Source: Octopus sinensis (taxonomy: Eukaryota). From it: 64,000 bases of DNA. The stretch is from contig NC_043015.1 in assembly GCF_006345805.1 (NCBI RefSeq), positions 24,180,001 to 24,244,000 of the forward strand, read 5' to 3'. Shown piece after piece: positions 13,198 through 28,059 of this stretch (the stretch's first letter is position 1; each line of letters begins with the position of its first letter). Below the pieces are notes generated by a model, which saw only the letters and a list, made by a program, of their open reading frames with translations, had not been told where the DNA came from and searched no databases. The translations under genes and the position numbers were made by a program.

Positions 13198-13919
13198 AAA
13201 CAGAGAGAAGGGGTTGTATGCATATGTATGTGTATATAGGTATGCTTGCATGTATGTATGGGTGAGGGCACAGCTATATAGCGTATACGTCTGAGTTTCC
13301 TTCATTCCTGCGTTTCTAAAGTAAACAGTTTTGAGATGAAAAATCCCACTAAACTCATACATTTTCTTTAAAGCCAAAGAGAGGCGCTCGTGGGCCCCAT
13401 GCCACAGCTTGGCCAGTGTTTACCTATAAGAATCAATCTGAAACTAAATAACTCAGTGACACCTTAATAAAATACAATTTAGATTTTCGACGCGTTTGAC
13501 AGAAAAACAAAAACAAAGGAAAGAGTGTCATCTCTGAGTAAAAAAAATACTTGGAATGCTGTTGAACGTTTACTAGTCTAACAATGTTAGAGGAGCAACA
13601 AGGTTTAATGGGATGAGTGAGGTTACTGAAAGGAAAAGGCACATTTTTTTGTCAAGCCTACACCGTTGTCATTATGAAGTAAACAATTGTGTTGCTTTCC
13701 TGTATGTTATGCTGTATCCTGAGTAAACCGTTAACAATAAAAGTAGCTGGTTTTCAAAGCAGTCAGCTTGAGCTGATTAATTGAAACTGAAAAATCTGAT
13801 TATGTTATATCAAGTGAATGAGAGGTACCTATGAAGTACTGCCACCCTTCCCCATCACTACACAATTCTTGTGATCTGTGTTGAGTTGCAACTAATAATC
13901 CTTTTGTTCTTTTATGAAG

Positions 13920-13944
13920 ACTGGCGTAATCTAGTCATCGAAAA
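13920..13944 (+). CDS. Candidate micro-exon (25 nt, phase 1 to 2): DWRNLVIEK
   Basis: Acceptor ccttttgttcttttatgaag, donor AA|gtaaga. Splice signals are the only support. Confidence 0.2.
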
Positions 13945-14129
13945 GTAAGAGGAAAAGAACTAAATAAAGCAAACCTGTTTCAAAGTTGGTAGAGAAAAAG
14001 AACTAATAGGATAATCTTCAAAGTAGATGGTATTTTCAGTGGTCTTGACCTAGAAAGATAACTTCTTTGCCGTGTTTCGAGTAGAAATTCACGTAGAAAG
14101 ACGTTTAATTGGAAAATAGCAATGGCTAT

Positions 14130-14280
14130 GTGGTTGAGAAGTTTGTTTCGCAACCACTTGGTTCCGTGTTCCGATCTCACTGCTATATTTTGTGGATATG
14201 TGTGTTCTGACGCAGCCACGTACAAGATCTGGCTAATATATTGCGACTAGAATGAAATAGACGGAAAACTCTGTGGAAGG
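14130..14280 (+). mobile_element. Diverged SINE head
   Basis: gctatgtggttgagaagtttgtttcgcaaccacttggttcc...tagacggaaaactctg resembles the other SINE heads. Confidence 0.5.
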
Positions 14281-14656
14281 TTACCGATCGCGTTCGCGCG
14301 TGTGTATCTGTAAAATCACGCATATTTCACGACAAAAATTTGATGCAAGGAGAGAATAAACAAAAAGTATGCGGAATCAGAGATAAGAAATGGCGTAGTC
14401 TGAAAAGCGTAGAAAAACATAGAAATAAAAAACAAGGATACGTGCAATAAATATGCGAAAGGAAGAAACATGCACACAAACACACACAGACACATATAAG
14501 TAAATATAAAATAAACAAACAAATAAATAACAATACCATCCACACGGTCCCACTTAAAAGGAAGGCGAACACCGCATCACAAAAATATCACATACAAACA
14601 ATCTCGATAAGCAAGCCATTGAACAAACACAATCACAATATCATAGACATTACTAA

Positions 14657-14777
14657 TGTGTGTGTGTGTGTGTGTGTGGTGTGGTGTGTGTGTGTGTGTG
14701 TGTGGTGTGGTGTGTGTGTGTGTGTGGTGTGGTGTGTGTGTGTGTGTGTGTGGTGTGGTGTGTGTGTGTGTGTGTGT

Positions 14778-14809
<32 letters not shown>

Positions 14810-14815
14810 TGTGTG
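14657..14815. repeat. (GT)n with periodic GGT interruptions
   Basis: Read directly from the sequence. Confidence 0.95.
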
Positions 14816-15137
14816 TTAATGTTCACATACATCTTCAATAAAATATTGTAAGTGTTTCTGTCTGAAGACCGTAATTGTGTGAAGCTGGAGTCGCGAAACA
14901 AACTCTCGGTTTCCTTTTCAATAAAAGAAATTGCACTTATCGGCCCTGGGGCGTATAAGAGCTGAACTGAAAGCCATGTGTGATTGTGAAACTCCGCGTC
15001 CTGTCAGCCACGCCTGCACCTAGTAAACTTATAAGTCACACAGTCTTGCCTGCATTTGTTCAGTTTGTATTGTGGTTATTTCTAGCATATATTTAAGCAT
15101 TTCCTACATTAAATATACCCCTAGCGTTAACATGTAC

Positions 15138-15400
15138 GTGACTGTGTGGTAAAAAGATAACCTCACATCACATGGTTCTGGGTTCAATTCCACAGTGTAA
15201 CACCTTGGGTAGGTGTTTTCTACTATAACCTCGAACCAACCAAAGTCTTGTGAGTAGATTTTTGTAGAGGGAAACTGAAAGAAGCTCGTCGTGCATGTGC
15301 GTGTTCGTGTTTGAGTGCCTTTGTGTCTGTGTTTGTCCCCATCACTGTTTGACAACCGGTGTTGGTGTGTTTATGTCCTCGTAACATAGCGGTTCTGCAT
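15138..15400 (+). mobile_element. Composite tRNA-derived SINE (head, TG-like tract, start of tail)
   Basis: gtgtggtaaaaag...ggttctgggttcaattcc...gaaactgaaagaagctcgtcg...tttgtcccc...gacaaccggtgttggtgtg. Confidence 0.75.
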
Positions 15401-15559
15401 AGAATTAGAAAAAAAACGTTTTCATTCGATATTATCTCTTTCGTGGAGCGAAATGAGCGGCCATGTTTAAATATTTTAACAAGCTAACCGATCCATTTTA
15501 CTACTACTCCTGTGCACTTATTATTTCTGCTATACATCAGGTCGTTTAACCGGAAGAAT

Positions 15560-15750
15560 CGTAAGAATGCCGGGGGAAATGCTTAGCGGTATTTCGGCCG
15601 TCTCTATGTTCTAAGTTTAAATGCCACCCAGGTCAGATTTTCCTTTCATCCTTTTAGGATCGATAAAATAGGTACCAAATAAGCATTGAGGTCGATGTTA
15701 TCAACCTATCCCATCCCTCAAAATGGGTGACATTGTGCCAAACATTGACG
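15560..15750 (+). mobile_element. Second tRNA-derived SINE family (ggcggcgagctggcagaatcgttagcac type), diverged
   Basis: gaatcgtaagaatgccgggggaaatgcttagcggtatttcg...cctttcatcc...gatcgataaaataggtacc. Confidence 0.7.
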
Positions 15751-16137
15751 AAAACATTTCTGCCAAACATCGCATTAAATCATATGACATATGACTATAA
15801 CGTCAAGGGTCGGATATATTTCATAGTTATTGCCATTTAAAAATCTACTCAAATTAAATAAAAATACCCTAAATTTCAAAGTTAATAAAAAAAAATAATA
15901 CGTGACAATTGCTGTTGAAATAATTTTATTATTATATAGAAAAAAATCATATTATGAAAAATATTGGATGAAATAAATGTCAAGAAATGAACAACAAAAA
16001 AGTCAAAAACCATTGTTGTTAGAATGCCAGACGAACAAAATTGATGTAAAAGAATACTGAACAAACTAAGTATTTCATCCAACACTTCACTTCAATTCTG
16101 CGAAAAATAATGGTACTTCATTATGTTTTTTATATAG

Positions 16138-16208
16138 AACAACATAAAGAATGGAACGTTTTAATATCAGATCAGCTTGGATGTCGTCTTCAGAGTTCAA
16201 CAGACCAA
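16138..16208 (+). CDS. Candidate exon (71 nt, phase 1 to 0): EQHKEWNVLISDQLGCRLQSSTDQ
   Basis: Acceptor ttatgttttttatatag, weak donor CAA|gtattc, open frame. Confidence 0.2.
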
Positions 16209-16479
16209 GTATTCTTCTAGAATGTTTTTAAAATAGCAAGGATTTTGAGGAGGATTAAAATCAAATCGATACTACATAAGTACTTGGTTTGCTTCACTTG
16301 AAACGTTAAGATATTTATTTTTAATTTATGAAATCAATTGTTTGAAGAAATCTGAAAAAATATGACTCTTCGGTTTCTATATTCTGTTGCCATACAAGGG
16401 ATCCGCTAGGAGGGTTTTTGTGGAAAAGATTGTACCCATGTTCATTTATTAAGTCTGATACGTAAAAATCAGTCACTTT

Positions 16480-16765
16480 TGCCGAGCCACTATGTTAAGG
16501 GGACGTAAACAAACCAACACCGTCTATCAGGAGGTGGCTATGGAGATAAACATACACACACACGCATAGGCACAAATACACACACACACACACACAAGCA
16601 AACACACATACATATGTATACGACGGGCTTCGACATAGTTTCCCTCTACCAAATTCATTCATGCAGCATTGGTCAGCTTGGAATATAGTAGTAGACACCG
16701 GCACAAAGTGCCATACAGTGAACCTGGTCCCGAGTGATTGCAAAGCAAGCTTCGTAACGACAGTC
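16480..16765 (-). mobile_element. Composite SINE with internal (CA)n
   Basis: Reverse complement of the head (acgacgggcttc...gtagacacc...gcaagcttc) plus the start of the tail (aggggacgtaaacaaaccaacacc). Confidence 0.65.
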
Positions 16766-18475
16766 AAATTCCAGGTTTCTGGAATAGCTTTCTTTGAAGG
16801 TTTATCTTTCGAAAAGCACCCACATTAGTAAACATTGCTGAAGTTACATCGTATACAAGAATATATCACAGAAGTAATCATACAACACTGAGTTACCGCA
16901 ATCTTTGGTCCATAAACTTTTCCGGTTTCATTTTTTTTTAAACAAGTTCGGTCATCTCTAAATTAAACAAATGTTACGTCTCTTAAATACATGAATGAAA
17001 TACGGGGAATTGTATGAATGATATAATTTTATTAATACTGTGGAAAGTATTGTTAATCAGAGCTGCCGAGCAGGAATTTAAAGTTCTTTTCCACAGATAA
17101 GAGGTCCAAGGCCCTCATTATCTAGAAAGGTGTTGTGCGTGTAACATGCACTTGTAATCACAGATTATACTTATGAAATTCACGATCCCTTTTTCTCCAA
17201 GAAAACTGTTTGTACTTACGGTCGTAAGTCTATGACGTGTATTTTTAAGAATTTTGCCAATGCCCGACTATATGAAGCGGAATATTTTTCAGTTGGTTTC
17301 TGTCTCATAACGAAAATATTTTAAAGATTATTATATTTATAATTAAACTGATTTAATGTATATAATTATTTAAATTTAAATACTGATAAGTATATAAATG
17401 TTTTATGAACAGATTTAATTAAATATATTACGGGAAATTATCATTCAGAGATAATTATCAAAATAAGCTAAAATAGTTTATTGTTTAGTCATAATTGATA
17501 GAATTTGCCGCTTATTTTCTTTGTCAAATAAAAACCTATTAATGTAAATTATGAAATTTCAAGAATTTTTGACATGATGAAGGGAAAAAATGAATGCAAA
17601 ATATAATTTATGAAAAAATGTAAATTAATACATTGAAATAAGTCAGAAATGAATAGAATAATATTTTTTCAAGATTCATAAATACGAAATTTTACTTCAT
17701 ATTCGTTTATGATACTAAATAATTACATATCATACATTATTCCTTACATTTCATCTTGCGAACATCAATAAAACATCTGACGCAAACTTAATGTGTCTAA
17801 AAGAGATGGCTCTTAGAAGAGGGATATCACAGGTAAACGTCATCTTTCCATTAATTCTTTAGACAGTACCTAAGAATTAAACCAATTCAAGTTTCTTAAA
17901 TACGTAAAAACCTAGAAATAGCTGTGAAATTTCCATCAGATGCCAACCTCTTGTTTTTAAAATGTATAGATAATAAGGGTTAATGATTTCCTAACAATGC
18001 AAAAACGTGGATTGACAATGGCTGCAACCTAGAACTGATAGATGAAGGTTGCTATTTAGACGAAAAAGCACCAACGACAACAGCATTTCACTACGTTTCA
18101 GGACGTAACTGGATATAAATGAAAGTATAAATAATATGGCTAAACATTAAATGATGTGTTCCAGGATAACAAAATAAACGACTTACACAATTTATAAAAT
18201 TATGAATGTTAAATGGTGAAAGTAATTCTAAGCGATTCCCGGCATCTGTGGCTTATTTGATTCACACAACCAAATTATTTGTATCCTGCACCGCCTCCTA
18301 GAGGATATTATCCATTCTAATGAATATAAAAACCTCAAAGCATTAACTATTTTTAACTTTAATGAATAAGTTGTTTGGATTGTCGATCCATTTTCAAAGT
18401 TCTAGAAGGCAGCTAGGAGTTACGACAACTGATTTTTAGGCAAAAAAATTATAGAAGCGATAATAAGACGCTCAC

Positions 18476-18518
18476 CTCTAAAGCCAATACGGAAAATCAT
18501 GTCAGTGTGATTTCTATA
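18476..18518 (-). CDS. Candidate exon (43 nt, phase 0 to 1): YRNHTDMIFRIGFR(G)
   Basis: Acceptor ctgttcgatctttcag, donor GAG|gtgagc. Only one frame is open. Confidence 0.25.
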
Positions 18519-20156
18519 CTGAAAGATCGAACAGCAGGTGATGCGGGATTTAAATTAATCAATGATTATTAATTGACTGAAGATAAACTGTAAGGTAGAA
18601 AGATTATCTACAGTTGCTCGACAATCTTTTCAGACAGTTTCCATTCTAAAGTGGGAGAACGTGTTCCAGTCAGAATCCCTGGAGATTTCTCAGGAACCAA
18701 ATATCATAATTATCTGTGAATGGCCAGGGGTATCTATAGTGGTTATACGGTGTTTCTGATAACTCCAATAAAAGCCATAAAGGCACCACAAAGTTAAAGG
18801 CTAACGATAAAGTAATGAAAACACTCAAACGGAAATCAGTTAACTTTTAGACTTGTTTTCTTATCAGGAATCTGATAACGAAACACATCTGCAATGTTAG
18901 AGATTGTTTTGTCTGAAAATCAGATATGCCAACTGCAGACAGTAAAAAGGCATTTTATTTCATCTTCAGTTGTCACCTTTAATACCATAATTAAATAGTT
19001 TATTTGAGTATATTTCAGCAATGTTTGCTTATCCTCACTACGTGTATATTTTTGTTTAGACTAATATAACGTAAAGTCCGGCATATTAAGTCTCCGTACA
19101 CTTGCTTCTCTATTGAATCTTGGAAACATGTGATATAACAAACTAGTTTACTATACACCTCCAAGACAGCCTTGTGTGTGCGTGTGTGTAACAATAGTAG
19201 GAATGCATACAACGTTTATCAGTTTACACGGTAGGGTTAATCGAGAAAAGGTTGACTTAACTGATCCTTTAGGTTTCAAGTTAATAAATAAATTGCTAAT
19301 GACAGAACAAAAGTATAAATATATATTAGATACCAATAATCTGTGGAAATTACGTTTTTCAGTGTGAAAAACCGTCATTACAAAAACTTTACAGAACGAT
19401 CATCATACTTCATCTCAGTCTCTTTCAACATCGCATCCACCACGGCTCCCCCTTCCCACCACCACAACGGTATTCCACGTATTTTACAGCGTTTGTTAGT
19501 TTGCATATTGTAAAAGCTGTCGCCGCCATCACATTTAATCGGAAAGCAATTATCAAAGCCTCGTATAAGTCACTCTTGATAAAATGACCTTCATCAACTT
19601 CTTCACCATTTTTCCCTTTTTTCATTTCGTTTGTGTCGTTTCTTTTTTAGGTTTAAAAATAGGTAATCGCATGCCAAAATGCAATCTATTTTTCTGTAGT
19701 TTACATTTTCCTTTTTCTACAGTTCTTCCTTTTTTAATTCTGTTTATATCTCCATTTTTTCCTTTTCCTCTCGCCTCACCGTTATTTTTTCTCTTTCATT
19801 TTCTTTGTGCTTTTTCTCTTTTAAACTCCTATTTTTACCTTTCTTTCACATTCAGATTCTCTCGTTACTTTCTCTGTCTTTCATTTCTGTCATCTTCACC
19901 TCTCTCCACCTCTCACTCGCTTTTTCCTTCTACTTGTACACTCTATTGTGTTCAGTATCAGGCAATTGCATGTTACATGCCAGTTCACCCTCAAACATTC
20001 TACGATGACACCTTTTACATTTGCTCAGTTATCCGATTAAAACGGAAGACTTGATTACTCTAACTTGCAGGAATATATCGGCAACAACGGCAGCAGACAC
20101 GTCAACACGACAACAACAGCAACGGTGCTTTAACATAATCTTTATGTGATCGTTAG

Positions 20157-20269
20157 ACTTGATAGAATTATCAACCAAATCGCCCTCAAAACAGCAGACT
20201 GTCTTAGAGAAGCAAAAGTAAAAGTGCACCAATCTGGCGAATTTGGAGAGGCTTTTGTTGATTATTTTG
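20157..20269 (+). CDS. Candidate exon (113 nt, phase 2 to 1): LDRIINQIALKTADCLREAKVKVHQSGEFGEAFVDYF(G), weakly H-NOX-like
   Basis: Strong donor TTG|gtaagt at 20270 and 37 open codons. The acceptor (gtgatcgttag) is weak. Confidence 0.3.
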
Positions 20270-20679
20270 GTAAGTTTGGTTAATGTTGATCTGTGATAAA
20301 ACTGACTGCTACTACCATTACTATTACTGCTAGTAGGAGGTGGGCATATATACCGAGGAAAGCAGGAGATGAGCTACAAATATTGAAAGAGAGAGCGAAC
20401 AAAATATCTACGGTGAGGCGTTGAGTAGCAAGAAAAACATATAAAGGAAGAAATAGGATTAAGAATCGGGCTAGACAAGTAGACATGTGAAAAAATAGTA
20501 GTATATAGAAGGCAATTGTCGAAACAAAATGACAAGCTAAGAGATAACACAGGTGAGGGAGGGGTGATGCAAAGAAGAAAGACAACAGCCCAGAATAGAG
20601 AGGAAGTACTGGAGTGATAATGCGATGAAGTTAACCGATTCGCCTGATACATATTGGCTTCAAATTTTTGCATATGCTC

Positions 20680-20825
20680 AGCAATTTCGGGGTGCTTAAA
20701 TCGACCTCAGTGCTTAACTGCTATTTTTTTTTATCGAATCTGACATGATGAAAGGTAAAGTCAACCTTGGCAGAATTTAAACTTAGAACGTAGGTACGGA
20801 CGAAATGCCGCTAAGCATTTAGCCA
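20680..20825 (-). mobile_element. SINE, second family, fragment
   Basis: aaatcgacctcagtgc...atgaaaggtaaagtcaaccttggcagaatttaaacttagaacg...gacgaaatgccgctaagcattt. Confidence 0.75.
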
Positions 20826-21164
20826 AAGTAATTAATTATAGATTTCGCGGTTAACTCATTGCATTTTTAAGTGCGTACTTTAGCAATCAATAGCAGAGTA
20901 TTCATTATAGATTTTATAAACAACGACTGTGTGAATAAAGCCTCCAGTAACAACGGCAGTATTAATAAAGATTATATGGCGCTCATGAGTACGATTATTA
21001 CGATGTTAGTGACGAAGGAAGTGATAACAATGGTGACAATTACGAAAGAGATACTTTCGTAATTTCGTTTATTGCTGGCAACATCGTCTGTAAAATGTTG
21101 GATAAGATAGTTTGCCAGCGATTGTACTACTCGTCCATGATTAGTACAATCCTCATATATATAT

Positions 21165-21245
<81 letters not shown>

Positions 21246-21249
21246 CAAA

Positions 21250-21416
21250 CGTGGTTGTGTGGCAAGAAGCTTGCTTTCCAACTATATGGTTCGGGGTTCA
21301 GTCCACGTGCGTGGCACCTCGAGCAAGTGTTTCTAAATAATACCTTGGGGCCTAGGGCCGATCACCAAAAATCTTGGGACTTCATTTGGTAGACGGACAC
21401 TGAAAGAAGCCCATTG
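21250..21416 (+). mobile_element. tRNA-derived SINE head followed by (TA)n-(TG)n
   Basis: gtggttgtgtggcaagaagcttgct...ggttcggggttcagtcc...ggtagacggacactgaaagaagccc. Confidence 0.8.
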
Positions 21417-21418
21417 TG

Positions 21419-22035
<617 letters not shown>

Positions 22036-23562
22036 AATAAATAACGAGACATTTTTTACATGAACTTCCAGTACCAAATTTATATGTAAAATAATGGTAT
22101 ATAAAGTATGAACAGACTAAAACCTGTTAGAAATTACATTAGGAAATAAAAGCAGCTATGTTTCAAAAGATTTATTTGTACAGCCGTTTCACTCATTCTT
22201 CCATAAGACTTACGCTGTAGAGACGAAACAAATATATGTATAAGTTGTCATTCATTTCTCATAAGTAAAATAATGTGACTCATGTGATACACTTTAAACC
22301 TTCCTTTCTACGAAAAAATGTTTTTAAAACAAAGCTATTTAAATCACAAACAATGTACTACTTAGTTGAGTCAGTTAAACCAATTTGCATATCGTACATT
22401 AATTTGTAGCGTGATTAAATCAATCAATACATTTTTGCACGAATGACGTGTATTAGAAAATTTATGTTATCTCTTATAAGTTTAGGGAATTCCAACCAGC
22501 AACATTAGTGACATGATTAAAACAATCGCATCTCGTTAGTGTATTCTTAATATATGTGAAATCTTGTATGACTGTCATCGACAGAATACAGAAGAGGCTA
22601 AATGTAGATGAAGAATTACAAAGAACTCGAGTAATCGCGTTCAGATATTTTAACAACAAGGATTCAGCGAAAAGAACATAACATTACCATAGGGATGGTG
22701 GTGGGAGGACGGTATCTAAATGAGATGTTAGATTTGCCACTCAGCCAAAACACCACTTTTTGTGGTTTTGAACTGATCAGATTGTTAACTTCAAACAACG
22801 TATAACAATTCTGTACTATTAAAGAAAGAAATTAAGTTTTTCTTTTTTAAAAAGAAATTAGAGCTTCTATTTCAAACAACAGATTTTGTGAAACTAATAG
22901 ATTAAAATTAAGAATATTCATCAATTTCACAGTTCATATAATTTCTTCTCTATAGCCTTTTTTAAAAAATATCTGCTAATTATTTACGTTTTATTCTTTC
23001 AAATTCTTTACTATTTTGCATTTCATTTATATTTTAAGAATGAATATGCTATTTTAATAAGCCACTACAGAAAAAAATGGAAAGGAACAAAAAAAACATC
23101 AATAAACAAACAAATATTAAATTTTTTTTGTTGTTCTAGTTCACTGGTCTGATAACATAATAGCCAGCTTTTTACAAATTTTAAATATTTATTCTTAGTT
23201 TGTTTTTCACATTTTTTCTTCAGAATTTATAACATAAAAATCATTGCATCACAGATTATTTTTCGAAAATTTATTTTTATTAATGTGAAAATCAAAATTT
23301 TGATTATATGTGCGTATTTGCATGTGTGTGTATGTACATGTGTGAGCGTGTGCATATGTGTGGGCGTGCGAGTCTGTATGTTTTGGTGTGCTAGTATATG
23401 TCTGTATCAATATGTGTATGTGTGCGTCTATATCAGTGTATAATATCATTTAACTGAATAATTAATTAGTAATTATATAAAAATTGATAAAGCTAAAACA
23501 CATGAAAGTAAAATACAGAAGGTGAAAAAAATATGTAGTGGTAACTCGAAAAGATACAGGGT

Positions 23563-23608
<46 letters not shown>

Positions 23609-24419
23609 TACAGACAGAACAAATAGACAGAACGTTTAAGACAGTGAGCGAGTAAGTATTGTGTTTTTAGTATAATGTATGCCATAGAATACAAACACCA
23701 ACGTCCCAAGGTGCAGACTTGAATAATTACTCATAGATAGCCCTCTCAATATGAAACCAATGATACCCTGGTTACCCCACGAATAAAGAATATTTATCTA
23801 CCAAGGTGGTGTTGAGAAATCATTGGCGCTTTTCGGTGCTTGTGTGTGTGTGTGTTAGTGAGAGAGAGAGAGAGAGAGAGATAGAAAGGGAATGCGTGTA
23901 TGTGTGTGAGAGAAGAGGGAGCGTATGTGTATATGCACGTGAGTCTGTATGTGTGCGTGTGTGCCTATGTATGTGTGTGTGAGAAAATGTTCGCGTGTGT
24001 GTGTATGTTGTATGTTGTGTGGCAGAATAATTTTCTTTTGTTCGACGGTGGCTATGTAAGTCTAGAGGTAAGGCTAATTTCTGATCATAAACATTCACAC
24101 TTTTAATGTTGTACGTGACACATTTCTAGCCATTTCTCTGTAATCTTCCTACACAACGTTATTTATATGGACATCCTAAACCATTTTTCTTACACTCACA
24201 CACACACACACACTCTCACACACAAGTACACTGTTGAATTCACTGCATACAAATTAGAAAAATTTCGAGGTAATATGAAATAATTCTGGGAAAAATGAAT
24301 CTCGAATCACATAATAACAATTAAAGGCTGCCTATGGGACACGAACCCATGTGTCTTGTAGGCGCTCGCTTCGTCCACTTTTTCCATCCCAGACAGTTTT
24401 CGAATCCAATGTATTTGTA

Positions 24420-24453
<34 letters not shown>

Positions 24454-24631
24454 CACACACAAATACACACATACATACATACATACATACATACATACAT
24501 ACATACATACATACATACACATATATACACATCTATATACACACGATGAATGAAATAAGGTATACGGAAAGCCTCTAACAAGGTTGAATTTTTAAAAAAT
24601 AACCCTTTAACATACAATTCCTTGACTGCAC

Positions 24632-24669
24632 CCTTCTGAAGATAGGCGCTTGCACCCGAAATGTAAAGG
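24632..24669 (+). ncRNA. Minimal type I hammerhead motif, partly decayed, in a pLTR-like fragment (about 24610-24775)
   Basis: cctt CTGAAGA t aggcgc tt gcaccc GAAA TG TA aagg: helix I cctt/aagg intact, helix II with two mismatches, ACGT changed to ATGT in helix III. Confidence 0.55.
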
Positions 24670-25197
24670 TTTTTAAAAGTCTTCCAGCATTACTAGATAC
24701 TTGCTTTATTTCTCATTTCGTTCACAATCCTACTTCTGTACTACAATGCTTCAAGTGAACTACAACAACACAGTGTGTAGACATTAAGGACATTAAACAA
24801 AATTTTAATCATATTTTGTCATCATAATATTTTTCTTGTCTGCAAGTTAACTTAAACACTCAATTCTCCTAAGTATTGATGTTTCATATTTTACGGATAC
24901 ATAGCAATAGTTAAAATGATAATAATATACGATACATATCAATTTTACCACTTTTTTTCTAAAAAAATATTATTGATATTACTATTTTATATTTGTGCTA
25001 TAAAACAATAAGTTTTTGTTCTATTTCAAGGCATTTTTGTTCAATTGAGTTTGACAACTCTCTCAGACACTGATATTTGAAATAAGACAATATTTTCGTT
25101 ATCAGACAGACTGAAAAAGAGCCACGTATTGTTTCGTCTTTTGCACCTATTGTTTTCTATAATTATTGATATCCCTAACGGCATTATACATATGATC

Positions 25198-25231
<34 letters not shown>

Positions 25232-26265
25232 TATTTAATTGGTGAGATCGAAAATCGTTGTGGTACAAACAATTGTTTAGCCTCAAGCAGATTGTATCGA
25301 TAACACAATGGAGATGATACTCAATCAATAAAGTTTATTAATCAACGTATGCAATTCACTCCGTCCCATATTGAATTAGATGGATATTACGAAACGAATG
25401 CAACTTTACAACTCCACTATATTGCAAGAAAAGTTATAAATAATGCAATTATCAATCAGTGGGTTTAGTGAATAGAGGACGTGATTGCGCATTACATAAG
25501 TTTCAAAGGAAACACCAAACAGAACTTACATAATTTTAAGGAATTACATAGATGTTTAGTGTTCTTTCTACCCGGCTAATTTTCTCACGGTTTACTACTT
25601 CGTTGTCGACAATGAACATCTAAAGAACGGGTAGAAACGTACTCAAAAAGAGGGGACACTGAACGTCTATGTATTATGTTAAATAATAGATTAACGACTG
25701 TTTGATGTTTCGTTTGGGACATGTATAATGCGCAATAATTCCATTCCTTGCACCCTAAAATATGTGTGTTTGTATGTGCAAGCGTGTGTACAGAGAAAGA
25801 AATAGAGGGATGCAACCATTCATACTTATTGGCGTTTCCATATATATATATAAGAACACACACACATACACACAACATATATACATATTTAAAAATGTAT
25901 GACGGTCTGGCAAATATCCGACAGTACGTTGTGTTTTAGTAAAAATACAACTCACTCTTATATGCTTTCACTTTGCTATAGTTCGGAGTCATTACATGTG
26001 TGGTAAATAGTAAAGAATATTGAAATGAAATATTATCCAAGAAGAGGCACAAAACGATTCATGCATTTTAGTATTTTACGCCTATCTTTTATCCTCCTCT
26101 TCACATTTTCATTCTTCCATCAATGTAACTTATTTGAAGAAGTGTTATTCTTGAAACGTTACAAACACTTCGTTGCTTAATATATCATTGTGCATGTAGC
26201 ATTAAACTAATATCACTTTGACTGTATTAGTTTCCTCGTAAATTTTGACACTACTCACATACATA

Positions 26266-26352
<87 letters not shown>

Positions 26353-27412
26353 GAGAGAGAGAGATACATATATTATCTACATATATGTAACATGCATATA
26401 TAATTTTATTTTCATATTCGTAGAAGTGTGAGTGTATGTATGTGTATCGATGTAAAGACAAAGTTATATACATATATCACATAGAAGTATATTAATTAAA
26501 CACCGAATATAAATGCAGTTGTCTTACATAAACATAAGCCTAGGAATGAATGGAAAGTGTTCGATTATTTTCATCTACAAAATTCCACCAAATCTCACGT
26601 GCCACAGAGACTCATGCACCAACATTATGAGAGGTTATCTCTATTATAATCACTTGTTGAATAAAAACATGAAGCACAGAGTAACAATCGTCTAAGTCAT
26701 GACTTTATTTATATTTACATTGATACTACACCACATTTAAATGACGTCTGGGTCCGAGATAAGAACGATGGAACTTTACTGTACATGTAAATATCACCAG
26801 CAAAATAGAAAAAAAGGAATCGAATTGTTCATCTCTAAAATTAATTCCAGTCCGAAACAAATATTAACAAATGGAACCTTATTCCTCATATATTTAAATG
26901 TCAAACATCATTTATTCCTATAATTCTTGAAAAATAGTTATTTACTCCCGCAATGAATCTATATTGTTCATCCAAACGGTAAAGTGTAGAGCATGTTGTT
27001 CAGAATTTTGATAAATATCATTTAAGACCATTCATCATTTGATATATTTTTTTTATTACAAGCGGTGAGATAACATCATTTATGAGGGTGGGATTGGGGC
27101 GGAGGTACCAAAATAACTATCAAAAACTATATTTGCAGAAACAAATGTTCATTGCTTGCTGGTTTTAAATAACAAAAAGGAATAGAAAAATTTTACATAT
27201 ATCACTGTCAATCAAATATACACAAATATATATCAGCGAGTATGATTGTGTGAAAGATAGAAAATAGAAACATGTATAAACACATACAAACACGTATGGG
27301 CGTGTGTTTGTGTGTAAATAAAGGATTGGACGTTTATACAGGTATCATTATATCGGCATGCATACAACCGTAGTCACACACTCATGTATATATATGTATA
27401 TACATATATATA

Positions 27413-27461
<49 letters not shown>

Positions 27462-28059
27462 TCTTTGTAGATATATATATATGTATATATATATATATAT
27501 CCTTACATATATGTGTGTATGTGGGTGGGTGTATGAGAGAGAGAGAGATAGTTTCTATGTGTTTATATGATATAAATACATGTACAAGTGTCTTTCGAAA
27601 CGTATAAATATGTGTGAGTGTGCGCGTGTCTGTATTTAAGAGTTTCCATCTGTGGAAGCTACAGAAGTGCAGAAACGAAATGGAGAAATTATTACTATAT
27701 TACAGAGATAAGGTCAAATGTTGGTTTCCTTGAAACTGAAAAATAAAATGCTTAGAGTCAGTTATAAAAATTCTCCCCTCCCCCAACATACACCTTCACA
27801 CTTGATACATACATGAATATGTGGGGGTGGAGAGAAGAGGGAGAGAGAGAGTGAGAGCTGTTTGATTACATGAAGCAAATCTTAATACTGAATAGAAAAC
27901 GCGAGTTTAATATATAAAGCAATGCAAACTGTTCATTTAGACTTCAGTTACAGAGAGTTGTATGTCTGCTTTTTTTTCTGTAAGTTATACACTTTTCAAT
28001 CTACAGCATTGAGTAAAACAGCAGAATTGATGTTATGTAAGCAAGTAAAATGGAATAAA

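Noticed and set aside
18700-18766. Minus-strand peptide KHRITTIDTPGH resembling a GTPase G3 motif
   Set aside because: The frame stops shortly afterwards, there is no usable donor, and no other G-motifs were found.
27634-27715. Peptide SFHLWKLQKCRNEMEKLLLYYRDK loosely like the H-NOX YxSxR region
   Set aside because: Weak donor, needs an insertion, and the catalytic motif is not matched; probably confirmation bias.
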